From Eukaryota sp. GEM-RC1 (lineage: Eukaryota), in contig JAUFOQ010000016.1 of the NCBI GenBank assembly GCA_040285855.1, forward strand, positions 3,100,001-3,164,000: a DNA stretch of 64,000 nt, read 5' to 3'. The position numbers and the translations under genes are program-made. Positions 11,860 through 24,057 of this stretch are shown here, piece by piece. The notes under the pieces were generated by a model. That model did not search any database and had not been told where the DNA came from. It saw only the letters and a program-made list of their open reading frames with translations. Every line of letters starts with the position of its first letter. Position 1 is the stretch's first letter.

Positions 11860-14359
11860 ATGATGTTCTTCTCTCAGTTCTGCGCTTTAACGAGGGCGGC
11901 CTTTCGTATTCAGGGTCGCTCATGGCGAGGATTGATAATCCAGTTGTTCCTTGTGCCTTTGCTATTCGTTCTCATGCTACAAATCTTTCTTGACTTTTTC
12001 AACACTAGTTCAGAAGCATTACAGCCCTTCCCCACACGACCTGATGTTCCTGTTCTCAACTACATCCCTAAATGCAAGCCTTCTGTTGGTAAGAGCTCTT
12101 GCTATTCTATTGCATATGTCCCTCCCTGCCCGTTACTCGATGACATTGTGGATAAAATCCGTCAGGAGTCTGGTCTCACCCAAGAAGAAGTCACGTCATT
12201 TGCCTCCCTTGCAGATCTTGACGAATATGCTCTGAAGAATCCCAATGTCACCCAGTTCGCCTATGTCTTTCATGACCTAGACACTGACACTACAGAATTC
12301 CCTACAGACAGCCCCATCAATTACACGATTGTCTCGGACAACTCTGTCTGGGTGTGCTCCTCCTACGATTCTCTCAACTGCCAATTGGACTCAGTTAATG
12401 GCATCCATTACCCTGCTAAATTAATCATGGACCGTCATATCACGTCATCAGTTCTTGATTTGGAGGTAATCACGAATTTCTCTCTTAAAAGGTCGGTTCA
12501 TCCTCCTTTGATGGGTGCTGATGCCTTCAGTTTGATGGGTAGAAGCTTTATTTTCTTTGTTTACTTAATTCTATCTCTGACTTTTCTATCTACTCTTATT
12601 GGAGAGAAGGAATCTGGGGTCAAGATGATGCTGTCTCTCACGTCAATGCGATCTTTGCCACACTTCTTGTCTCACTTAGTTGTTTGTATTGTTAATTTTA
12701 TCGTTGTAACACTTACTTTCTGGGGCTTGGGCCACCTCTTCGACATTACAGTATACCAAGACACTCCTTTAACGATCCTTCTAACTCATTTCATCTTCAC
12801 TGCAGTTCAACTGTTCTGTTTGAGCTTCCTTTTGAGTGTGTTCTTTAGATCCACTAGAGCAGGAGTTTTGGCGGGGTTTGCTTTTATCATGGTAGCTTTT
12901 CTAGTCAACATGATTGTGGTTAACTTGTATGTACCTGCTGTTGGTAGAGGGATTCAAGTAGCTTTTACTTGGTTTCCTACTGTGCCATGTGAGTTAGGTT
13001 TCTATGTGTTTGCTTCTGTGGCTTTTAATGATGACGTGATTTCTTGGGGGGAGATTAATACTGCGTTTGGAACGTCTGTTTACTCTATTTTAGATATCTG
13101 GATTTTAATAATTCGAAATTCTTTCGTTTTTGGAATTATTGCTTTGTATTTGGATAATGTCTTGTCTTCTGGAGGTAACTTCAACAGACCTTGGCTATTC
13201 CCTTTCTCTTCTTCCTTTTGGACTAGAAAAACCAATCATCAATTGAATGATGCCAGTCTAAATCATCCTGAAGGTCGAATCCAACATGAAGATATTCAAA
13301 AGAAAGAGATATTGTAATGAAAGCATCACCTTCAGATTATCCTGTTATTTTAAAACGACTTCATAAGAAGTTTGGTAAGTTCGTTGCAGTCGAAGATCTT
13401 TGTCTTAAACTTTCTCTCAACGAAGTCTTCTGTCTGCTTGGTCCTAACGGGTTTGTTTTTCTTTCCTTTTCTCACTTCAGTGCAGGCAAAACTACTGCTA
13501 TCAAGGCTTGTTTAGCGCTTGAGAATCCCACAGCTGGTGGAGCTTTTGTATTAGGACAATTAGTTGAAGATGTTCCAAATAGTGATTTGTTACGACAAAT
13601 CGGTTATTGTCCCCAGTTTGATTGCTTGATTCCCCAATTAACTTTTAAAGAACATTTGATTCTATTTGCTAGAGTTAAGGGACTTGGTGGAAACCAAGCT
13701 AACGTTGAAGCTGATCGTTTGTTAAAGGAAGTTCGATTGGATGACGTATCTGGAATGCTTGCTGGTAATGGTTCAGGTGGAATGAAGCGAAGATTATCAA
13801 TTGCTATTTCTCTCATTGGAAATCCAAAGTTTGTTGTTCTTGACGAACCTACAACTGGACTAGATGTTAGAGTTCGTGCTGATATTTGGAAAATCATTTC
13901 ATCAATCAAAAAGATCGGGCAGTGTTTTTGACAACACACTCAATGGAAGAAGCTCAAGCTTTATCAGATGTTGTTGCTATTATGTGTCATTCTAGACTTT
14001 GGGCATTGGGCACGGTAATCTCTTTGAGAACTAATTTTGGATCTGGATATCAGGTTTTGGTTGAACTTACTGATGATACCAATGTTGATGGTTTAAAAGA
14101 CTTATCAAAGAACTTTGACCAGGTTGTTGTTGATTCTGTATCTGCTAATACTGTTGTTTTTAAAGCCCCTAGAGATGCTCTAGATGTTCTGCCAGAGTTT
14201 CTTTCAGATTTGGAAGGTTCTAAATCAACTCTTGGATTTGTTAATTATGATGTGACAATTTCAAGTTTGAAAGATGTGTTTATTTCCTTTAGAGATAAGT
14301 CTGACGGGCAGTTTTTGGTTGATAATCCATCATTGACTGCTAAACTTCAGAAATCTTGA
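11860..14359 (+). CDS. Half-size ABCA-family transporter; intron at 13451-13480; frame breaks at ~13298 and ~13908
   Basis: EKESG, LLGPNG|AGKTT after splicing, GYCPQFD, SGGMKRRLS, LDEPTTGLD, LTTHSMEEA, SLKDVF. The three ORF pieces join by adding one A in each of two A-runs. Confidence 0.88.
13451..13480 (+). other. 30-nt in-frame spliceosomal intron
   Basis: GTTTGTTTTTCTTTCCTTTTCTCACTTCAG interrupts the Walker A motif GPNGAGKT. Confidence 0.9.
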
Positions 14360-14832
14360 AGAATTTGTTTATTGATTTTTCAACTTTTAATTAAATTTTT
14401 GTGTATAAATTGGTTTATTGAAATGCATGCTTTCTCCTACATGAGAACTACTTATTGAGTAGGGTTTAAACTCTAAAGACTGTGTGGTCTAAGTGGATCT
14501 TAGTAAAGAAGAGAAACAATGTAGAAAGCAAGAATACAAAGTAGCTCATAACTCATTGTTGATTAACTCTCTTCGATGGAAGATTTCTGTAAAATTTGGT
14601 TCACAAGAGTAGGAAAAGATGAACTAGTAGGCGTGATTCACCACAATATCTGGATTTCTTCATAAGCTTATGAACTGTTATCTATTGCTACCTATTCATG
14701 TCCCGATTTATAAGCCCAATGTAGATATCTCAATTGGAATCTCTAAGAATTATGCAAAACTCAAGAAGATAAACCCATAGCTTGAACTAACAACCACAAA
14801 CTAATATAATTTAAGACCGAAAGAAAAACTAA

Positions 14833-16941
14833 TTAAAGAGATGATACAATACTACAAACTTTCTCGTTCTGTTCCAACCAGTCACACTCCAAATCGTTCT
14901 CTTTTAGATGTTCAACAAAAGGAGTGACTAAACCAGAAAGATTAAAAGGATCAATATTGACCAGACTGTCAATCAATTGTTCCCTGTTTACAATACGAGA
15001 ATGAAGCCAACTTGATAAAATTGGTGCCAAAAACTCACCTGCTTTTGGGAAGTCTTCCAAAAGATCATCATATTTGCCATCTTTACAGAACACAGACAAA
15101 CCATTAGCGCAATGAGTATTTGTCAACTTTTTGTCTTTCACCAAACCCTTCATAATAGATTGGAACTGATCTCGAAGCAAAGGTTTGTTCAGGTTAGTAA
15201 AGTGATATAGTACATCAGCAACAAAAGCAGTTTTGTCCGATTCTGATAAGCGAAGTTTCAAAAACTCTGACATTAATTCTGTAATTCCCATCTTATCAAT
15301 GTCATCAGCAAACTTTTTTGTCTTTTCTGACGAATATTGTACCACTGGTGGTTGCCGTTTCTTCTTAGATTCAGGGACTGCAACAAAACCGTCGTCATCA
15401 GCTACATTACGAACATCCTGAGAGAAAGAGGTTAACCTAGCCTTCGCCTGAGCCTGTTCTCCTTGTTTTTCCACGTAATAGTCCATCCAATTGGCACATA
15501 GACAACGTTCTCTGATGGGAATGTCCATACAAGTAGAAAATTCTTCAATGTGTTTAGCCACAACAGTCTCAATATACTCATTGATTCCAGCTGATTCAAG
15601 TAGTTTTTTCCATAGAGTGATTAGACCTTCAATTGCCATAACTTTCTTGAAGTTTTGAACTAATTGTTTAGTGATTACTGAAGCAACGTTTGGAGGAATG
15701 ACAGAGTGAAGAATTAAAGAAGCAACAAATTCAACATTGCCCAAAACCTTTGCCTTCAGTTTGTTTTCTCTGTAGAACCGTTCAGCTAAAATCTGAGTCT
15801 CGGTGACTTCACCATCGTTAATAAAACGGGCTCTCTTGACTTGATCAATTTCTCCACTGATTTCCTCAGAGATTTCAGTGTCTTCAATAAAGAATTTCTC
15901 AAAGTTAGCCTGGCATTGAGCAATAAGCATCTTAGAAAAACCAACAAACTCTTTTGATAGTTTGAGGCAAAGCTGAGAGTACAAATTAACAAAAGTTGGT
16001 TCAAGGACGGCCTTATCAAAAAGATGAGTGACGAAGTCTTTCTTGAATTCTTCAAGTTGTTCATCAGAAAGATCTTTAGAACAAGGGTGTTGTCTGTTAA
16101 AGATCTGAACAATAGCACTGAAGATCTTCTCCTTGTTGGATTCTGAGAGCTTGTTCAATGAACCCTTGGTCTCCTTAAGTACAGCAAAAAGACCATCTTG
16201 TTTAGCTTTGTTCTTCTGTTCTTGGACGTCATAGGCATTAGCACTCTTGGGCATAGGCGTGTGTACTTTTGAGGAGTTTCTGGAGTGTGATTGTTTAGGG
16301 TTTTGATTGCCTCCTCTACCTCCTCTTCCACCACCACGGTTATTATTCTGTCGTGGAGTTGGGCGAGAAGCAGCAGACGTGTGAGAGTCTAGGATGCTCT
16401 TGATATACGCACCCACACTAGTGTGTAACGGAGAGACTGCATCACGGAGAGAGAAGAGGAACTCAGGGGAATATTTCGGACCAGATTCTGGCCTGTCAAT
16501 ACTTTCATTCCCTTCTTCATTGGATAGAGGTGGTGTGGGAGCAGAGTTGGGAGCATGAAAGACGATGTGTGGAGGAGATGATAGTGAAGCAGGCGGCGAC
16601 GACTCAACAACTTCAACTGGAAGCGGCGACGACGACTCAACAACTTCAACTGGAAGCGGCGACGACTCAACAACTTCAACTGGAAGCGGCGACGACTCAA
16701 CAACTTCAAGTGGAGGGTCCTTCGAGATATTGGGCAAGATGTCCCAATTTTGGAGCTTCGAATCAGCTTTGGCTAAAGCGCGCTGACCTTCTCCATGTTT
16801 GAACCCAATATTCCCAAATTTGGACTTCTTCTTGGGCACAAACTCCTTGATAGGTGTGTCTTTGCTAACCGCAAACTTGGGTTTAGGTTTAAATTCCGAA
16901 GCCTTCTCCACTAAATCAGTGAACTTGGATGGAGAAGTCAT
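14833..16941 (-). CDS. eIF4G-like translation initiation factor
   Basis: eIF4E-binding motif YSPEFLF (YxxxxL-phi), RGG box, MIF4G domain (KGSLNKLS, LFDKAVLEPTFVNLYSQLC, CQANFE, LGNVEFVASL) and an MA3-like C-terminus (LLEDFPKA). Confidence 0.9.
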   Translation of the reverse strand: MTSPSKFTDLVEKASEFKPKPKFAVSKDTPIKEFVPKKKSKFGNIGFKHGEGQRALAKADSKLQNWDILPNISKDPPLEVVESSPLPVEVVESSPLPVEVVESSSPLPVEVVESSPPASLSSPPHIVFHAPNSAPTPPLSNEEGNESIDRPESGPKYSPEFLFSLRDAVSPLHTSVGAYIKSILDSHTSAASRPTPRQNNNRGGGRGGRGGNQNPKQSHSRNSSKVHTPMPKSANAYDVQEQKNKAKQDGLFAVLKETKGSLNKLSESNKEKIFSAIVQIFNRQHPCSKDLSDEQLEEFKKDFVTHLFDKAVLEPTFVNLYSQLCLKLSKEFVGFSKMLIAQCQANFEKFFIEDTEISEEISGEIDQVKRARFINDGEVTETQILAERFYRENKLKAKVLGNVEFVASLILHSVIPPNVASVITKQLVQNFKKVMAIEGLITLWKKLLESAGINEYIETVVAKHIEEFSTCMDIPIRERCLCANWMDYYVEKQGEQAQAKARLTSFSQDVRNVADDDGFVAVPESKKKRQPPVVQYSSEKTKKFADDIDKMGITELMSEFLKLRLSESDKTAFVADVLYHFTNLNKPLLRDQFQSIMKGLVKDKKLTNTHCANGLSVFCKDGKYDDLLEDFPKAGEFLAPILSSWLHSRIVNREQLIDSLVNIDPFNLSGLVTPFVEHLKENDLECDWLEQNEKVCSIVSSL
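16592..16709 (-). repeat. Coding tandem repeat, 30-33 bp unit (PLPVEVVESS), about 3.5 copies
   Basis: Repeats of GGAAGCGGCGACGACTCAACAACTTCAACT on the + strand inside eIF4G. Confidence 0.9.
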
Positions 16942-17005
16942 AGAAAAAAGAATGACTTTTCATCTCTATTCTAGATCATCTACTGATGTGCATTTCGAAT
17001 AGATC

Positions 17006-17621
17006 CTCCCAATACCTTCATCATCTGATAGTCTCACATTATCATCATCTTCATGGCATCTCACTGAGCCGTTATTGGCTGTTGGTACTTCTTCTGGCTT
17101 TCTCTATGTATATAATGTTACCAAAAACACCTTCTACTCTAATCAGATCATTGAACCCCACTTCTCTCTTTCCAGACCTTATCACGTTACCTGCCTTTCC
17201 TGGCATCCGTCTGAACCTCTGTTCCTCATTGGATGGCAAAACGGTGTAGTTACGATACTAAATACAGACACTTCAGTTGATCATGATTGTACCTCACACA
17301 CCTCCCCAGTTTCTTCTATTCAACTCACTGCTTCTTTCTCTGTCTTCTCATGTTGTACTTCAGGCCTCCTTTGCAGCTGGTCTCTTCAAGAAGATCGCCT
17401 CTTTCTCTCCAAATCTCACTCTTTCTCTCCCATTGCCTTGCTATCCCCTCTTGATCGTCCTCTCCCACCAAATCCTGCTTCTGAGTCAGATGCTATGCCT
17501 CTGTCTGATTATGTGTTTGTTTCTTGTGCTGACAACTCTTTGTACCTATTTAATTCTGGTCTCTCTGTATTTTCCTCCCTTCCTCTTCATCACCTCTAGT
17601 TTTCATTGGTCAAGTTAATTC
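17006..17621 (+). pseudogene. Partial duplicate of the IFT140 5' region
   Basis: Direct copy of ~24088-24704 with scattered substitutions. It lacks the start (in-frame TAG just upstream) and is frameshifted and truncated at the 3' end. Confidence 0.85.
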
Positions 17622-17704
17622 TTCTAATAAACAGTATCGATGACAAAATCGATACTAACAGTTCGTACTGGAAGAGTAAGTTTGCTTTTTCTATTTTTAA
17701 GTCG

Positions 17705-17838
17705 ATGTATAGATGTTAATTCTATTTTGTCCAAGTTGCTTGGTTGTAACTACTTTTGGAAATTATGTAGTTCGCTAGATAATTATTTATTTGTTGTTGT
17801 CTTGTTGTGTGTTTTTCTCCACACATAAATCCGTTTTT
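17705..17838 (+). repeat. Dispersed repeat family C copy (T-tailed)
   Basis: Similar to 39871-40029; ends CACATAAATCCGTTTTTT. Confidence 0.7.
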
Positions 17839-18047
17839 TAATATTAATTTATAAATGTAATCAAAACTAGAATAAAATATCACTGTGACATCGATCACTA
17901 TCAATTCTTACCACAGCTTCATCATCATAGGAACTCACTGTTAGAATAAACAGTAATTTTGTAAAAGCAAAGAAAATCAAGGTATTTTGGACGCTCTAAA
18001 TTAGAAAGCATTTATCCTGAAAACAAAGAATCATTGCTATGACTAAA

Positions 18048-21000
18048 CTACGTAGAGACGATCTTCAAGTCAATTTCCTGGTCCAAACCTATATAAGAAT
18101 CTGAAATAACAAACAAAACTCCATCCAAATCTTTCTTAATAGTAGGCATTAGAAATTTCAAATTGACAGCAACTTCAGTTTCAATTCGAACTCTTTTGAG
18201 AGCTAGAACAGTGTTTGATTCTCGACTGGCTAAACAAAACCACCAAAATTCTGGTTTAGCGAAAGGTAAATCAATTGCAAAAACATGATCAGACCCAACT
18301 GGTGCATCACGCGCGACTTCAATCAAAAATGATTGATGTGAGCCAGAAGGTCCAGTGATTGTGTTGTCACAGTTTACCTCTATTATTGGTAACGAATTTG
18401 AAAAATCAGCAATTGTTTCAATTTGTTCCGGTGAGAAACCTTCAAGCAATAAATCACGCGACTCATCAGATATTTGGCCTAAAAATCAATGGAGAATCTG
18501 CAGGAATCCCATCAATCACAAGCTCTTGTCCACAACCAAACTTCGTCTTTGCTTTAACAATAGTATCATTGTCGAAATAAGGAAGTTGCAATAATGGTGA
18601 CGTCACATGATTTTGATCTTGAAACATTCGCTGAACTGTAAACCTGGACAACTCCATTGCGGAAAGAGTAGCTAAAAGCCAGCCTTTTGCCGCCAAAATG
18701 TCAACTAAAGAGTGAAAAAAGGATAATAATTGTGGTAATGAAGAAGTTAAATCCTGTGAAAATACTTTGGGAATATCCATTCGAGAAATTCTAGCTAATA
18801 AAATAATTAAAATTTTAGAGCCACCATCTGTCAGTGAACCCTTTTGAGGATATGGTAAAGACAAATTTAAATTTCTTAAAATTTCATATTCGCCATGTCT
18901 AACAGGAAAATTTGAAAATTCTTCAACAAGCCTAATCGACTCAAAACAGCCACGTAAGCGTGATGTGGAACTCAATTGCTGAAGAATAGACTGAATTGAA
19001 TTAATTGAAATCAAATAATGTGAAGCAATAATACCATTGTTATCAGGAATAATGGCTTGCGAATCGGTTACTGACACACAATTAGTTGATTGTAGAAGGT
19101 TAACAGAATCATCAATCAATTCTGATAGGAAACTGGAAACTGCATCCTGGGTAACGTCAACAAGACCATAAAAGTTTGGATTTTTGAGCAGTCGAAGAAA
19201 CAAAAGCGACGGTTCCAACAGTCCGATGAATTCTTGTCTTGTTTTTGAAGAACTCGAAGAAATTGAAAAATTTAAATAATCACTCAAATATTGGTCTAAT
19301 CCTGATTCAACAGGGGGTGACTCTGAAATTGTAAAGAGATCAATCTGCTCACGTTTAGAGGTGTGACAGTAGATATGCACGGTACATGACGTGTTGATCT
19401 CCATTTGATTGGAATTTTGATAGCATCCACCACATCCAATCATTCTCGACAACATTTGAGGCGAGTAGTCAACAAAGCGTCGTGATTGTCCTTCAAAAAC
19501 ACAGTATCCAAAATAACGACAAATTTTGATAAAAATTTAAAAGGAGCAGATAACCAATACTCAGATTCAACTAGTACCAATCCAATAAACCCTTCTTGGT
19601 ACAGATGAACCACAATATCTCGTTCTGTTTCAGTTAAATATGTGTTAAAAAGACCAATTCCATGGACCAAGAGAGTAGATAGATCTTCATTTGAAATATT
19701 TGAGAAAATATCGACTGGAATGTTTTTGGTCTTAAAAACGTCAACATTTCCACCATTTTGAGCTAGTGCCTTGACGTCATATGCACATGATAGTGTCTGA
19801 TTTGCTGAAGGACAAAAGAAAAGAGCAGCGGAATCAACAACATTCTTGTCGGTCAATAGACCTCTGATTGCTGACACATAAGCAGGTTTAATCATGGATA
19901 TAAATCTTGCCTCAGGATGAAGGTCTTCGAATGTCGAGAAATGGAGATCAAGGTCAGGAACTCGACTTTCCTGTGAAAAATTGAAGATATTTTGAAATTC
20001 TTTGGAATTTTGAACTCCTAACCATCTGGCTATTTGAGAACCATTGGCACAACAATCTGATAGTGCCACAATTCTAGTGGATATATTTAAAATTTTACTA
20101 CTGTTAATGATGAATTCCAGATAACAATCAGTAATCATGAGAACATCCAGATCATCCAAAATCAAAGGTCAATTTCCGACCACGATGATCTCTTTTGCCA
20201 TCGTGATGCAATCAAACAATACTGTCGTGGAGACGCTAATAGTATATTTGGAAGGTTAATTGACACGTCAGCAGTGACGTCACCAGTAAGAGCAGTAATC
20301 GTGATGGAAAAGAGATCAGCGATTGGACGCAAATGGGCAAGTTTGGAAGGGATTTCTCTGGAATCTAGAAGATAGACTATTCGACAGTTTTGGACATTAT
20401 CAATATCAAAATTATTTAACATATTCAAAATGGCAAGGTCAGCAATCGAAGTCTTTCCAGTACCAGAAGGACCAGAAAAGAAAAACGAAGAATTATTAGT
20501 AAAAACTGAAGAAAAACATTGGCTTTGCAGGGAATTAAAATATTCAAATCCAAAGAATTTTTGAGCATCGCAAACAGAATTCCAACACTTTTTAAAATTT
20601 AGATTTACAGCTTTTGTTGGAACTAAACCAACATTTTCCCATGTTGAAAAAGTTGGAAACTTCTCTGGAATCAACAAAGACCTAAATGATAACGTGATCA
20701 CTGACTTTGATCCCAACCACCTATCAGAAATGATATGAACAAAGTAATTAGGAGAAAGAGGTCGCAAAAGCAAAACCTTAAAGGAAAACATAGCCTCACT
20801 ATTAGAGAATCTTTTACTTAACACATAGAACTCTGAATGAACAAGAGTTTCTTCATCAGAGTCACACACGAAGATCCAGAAGGGCTCAGCACGACCATGG
20901 ATGTCATCAGTCCAATCAAAATCAGCAATCATCGACAAATCAATTCTGATTGATGACGGACTGATTGGTTGAACAGAAGCCTGTACAGACATTCGTGGAA

Positions 21001-23978
21001 TAAACCGTATATACGACTTAACACGTTTACCAACAGACAATCCACCAACTTTTTGATCTCTAATCTTAACACCTCTCATCAACTCACCTAATTGCTCTTC
21101 AGAAAGCTCCACAAACTGATCAAAGGGAACCCCTCCCTGTTCTAATCTTAAGAGAATAGTCTCAGGAATTGCAGGAAACTGTCGAAGAGGAGTTTCAACA
21201 TACCAACACTTGTGGTCAATACTCTTGCACAAGTCTAATAATAGCAACGCTGCTTTTGCCCATTTGCGATGTAAAGATATACTAAAAAGAGCTCTGAACA
21301 ATCGACCGGCTGATTGATGGACGTACATCATGTCAGCATTGATAGCTAAACCCGAAAGAGGAAGGTTTGAAATATAGGCTTGTAAAAGAATATTGATCTT
21401 GGCATTCTTGGCACTGGAACCTTCAATGGATTCTCTAACAGGAATTGGACAAAGTTCAAGAAGTTTCTCTAATTCGACCAGTTCCTCATTACGAACCACT
21501 AAATTTTTAAATTCTCCAGAAAATGAAAATATTCGAAATGCGTCGATTGTAGACATATCAGGGGTAATCAGTGAATTAAAGGTCTTCACCGACTCATAAT
21601 CAATATAAAAATGAGCTGCAACTCTACCTAATTCAGAAAAGGCAAGTTTATCCTGATCATGGTCAATCATAATCAACCCATACTTCTCAAGCAAAGTCAA
21701 CGCCTGGTCAACAAGATTTTCCAAGAACATCTCACAACTCACGTCACCAGGAACTTCATAAACAACAGGAACTTTCCCCACCCTCACAGCTAAGTAAGTT
21801 CCCTTCAACCATTCCACAGCTTCTCTCTTACTTCCTACGCTACCTAGAACCACCTCAGCATTGAGAACATCTGGAAGTTTAGATATTAGTTGGGATTCTA
21901 CTGGCATTTGCTGGTTAAGTAGAGATAGATACAGCATAAGGTTGTGATGTTCAGTGATTAGAATTCCCAGACCAGTAGTATCAAAAGCAGGTCTTCCAGC
22001 TCTACCTAACATTTGAAGGATGTCCATTGAAGAGAGTTCTGTCCAACCTCCTTGATCAGGGGGAATAGACTTTTGTACTTTTGATGATGACTGCGTGAGC
22101 TGGCAGATTGACACCCCATGCCAACGTGGCAGTAGAGATCAAGACACGTAGATGAGAGTCAGCAAAGAGATCTTCCACGGTGTTTCTATCAGATCGGGAA
22201 AGCCCTGCATTGTGAATAGCAATACCGTGGGGAAGAAGTTCTTGTAGAGCAGGATGGTGAACATTCTTAGCTTCAGAGGACAGAATTTTAAGAGAAAAAT
22301 CAGCTCCTCGTTCAGGAAAGAGCTCATTAACAGACCCATCATCAATCATTTTTGATTTAATCAACTGAGCCACTCTAATCGTCTCCTTCCTAGAATGAAC
22401 AAACACCAACAACTGATGCTTCTCCCCTGTAGCAATCTCTTTAACCTTAGTATAACAAATCAAATCCTCCAATTCCCTCCTCCTCAATGGCCTCTTCTCC
22501 TTCAACCCAACAAAGTGACACTCCAAAGGAACAGGTCTATAGGAAGAGTCAAACACAAACAGACCTTCAGTGGGAACTCTGAGGAAGCTAGCCACGTCAT
22601 TGTAATTAGGAAGAGTGGCGGAGAGCCCTACTAATCGGACAGAGTATCCAAAGAGATCATTCAGTCGATGGAAACGTGTGATGAGTGACTCTAGTACAGG
22701 ACCTCTAAGATCATGAAGTAAATGGATTTCATCTATAATTACCAGACCAGTACTTCTAGAAAAGAAACGTTCTCCAGACTTACGGGTAATCACGTCCCAT
22801 TTCTCAGGAGTAGTTACAATAATATTGGTATTTTTGATCTGATGACGTGACATGGTGACGTCACCAGTCAATTCTCCAACTGACAAACCAAATTCCTTAA
22901 ATCTTGTTGAGAAAGACGCAACCATTTCAGCCACAAGAGACTTCATTGGAGCAATGTAGACGATTTTAACTGATGACGTGTCAAAAGAACCATCAATTGA
23001 TCGACAATAATCTAGTTCTTTTAAAATAGATATAACAGCTACATTAGTTTTACCAGCCCCCGTAGGTGCACACAAAAGAAGAGGAATTCGAGTGGAGAAA
23101 GCAGAAGGATAGACTTTTGATTGGATGACGTTTAATGACGTCATGCCAGCAAAGCAACTCTTTGCCCAAGAAGGAAAGAGAGTTGAATCATTGATTTCTA
23201 TTAATCTCTCTCCAATTGGTAGCTCAAAAGGCTTTGACGGAGGTACATGGACTTCTTCAAAGTCCTTCTGATTGAATCGTTGCGATCCTAAGGGAAGAGA
23301 AATGTCTGTAGGAAGAGGTGGTGCCACGTGGCGGGCTCTGAAAGTGAAGAGAGAAGACATGGGAGCAGTGGAAGTGGTAGACTCCTCCGGTTCTGAGTCA
23401 TCCAACTCTATACTCTCCATGACTTCCCCTTGGAATTCATCTTCCTCGTCCATTGTAAAAGCAACTGGATCGGAGTCATCGAGAGGGGATTCACCAGGGA
23501 AAGAAGGGTGGGAGAAGTCTGTCAGAAGAGAGGAAAGTTCTAAGAGAGTTCGGTAATCAGAGTCAGAATGAGGACCGTAGAGTTCTAGAAGAGACTGTCT
23601 ACGTTCTGAATCAGTGAGGGAAGAAGACTTGAGGAGAGCCACGGCTTCTTCTGCTCCAGCATACAGAGCTTCTGAAGGAAGATCACCTAGGAGGGAGTTA
23701 GAAATATCAAGAAATCTTCTCCATGCAGATGCGGTTTGTTCAGTCGCAGGATGGTAGAAACCTTCAGATTGAAGAAAGAATGATGACTTAGATTGGTCTG
23801 ATTTTGTAGGCTTTGTTTGTTGCTGTTCTGGGCCACTGTAATGTGCTCTCGAACCCATATCTGAAATAGAAATTCTTCCTTTAAGAGAAGAAATGTCAGG
23901 CTGAGAACGATCCACACGTGGGCGTTCAGAAGGTGCAATTATTAAAGAAGGTCTACTGCGAGGATCATCTGAAGACAT
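18048..23978 (-). CDS. BRR2: U5 snRNP helicase Brr2/SNRNP200; four frame breaks (~22060, 20165, 19497, ~18490)
   Basis: N-terminal SLKGRI...MGSRA; cassette 1 APTGAGKT, TPEKWDVITRK, DEIHLLHD, ATLAWGVNLPAH, QMLGRAGRP; Sec63 unit; degenerate cassette 2 (GPSGTGKT, ILDDLD); C-terminal SDSYIGLDQE. Confidence 0.92.
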
Positions 23979-24057
23979 CTATGAGATAGAAAATTTAGCA
24001 AGAAAATTGTCAGTTTCTTGAAACAACCTTCGTCAAGCTTCTTCTTGTCTCCAAGCA

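Noticed and set aside
16530..16802. Repetitive + strand ORFs (EAATTQQLQL / GDDSTTSTGS) or a CRISPR-like array
   Set aside because: These are the antisense shadow of the eIF4G coding repeat, with no unique spacers.
24016..24057. RFX X-box-like palindrome GTTTCTTGAAAC upstream of IFT140
   Set aside because: It is a poor match to the consensus, and there is no evidence of RFX here.
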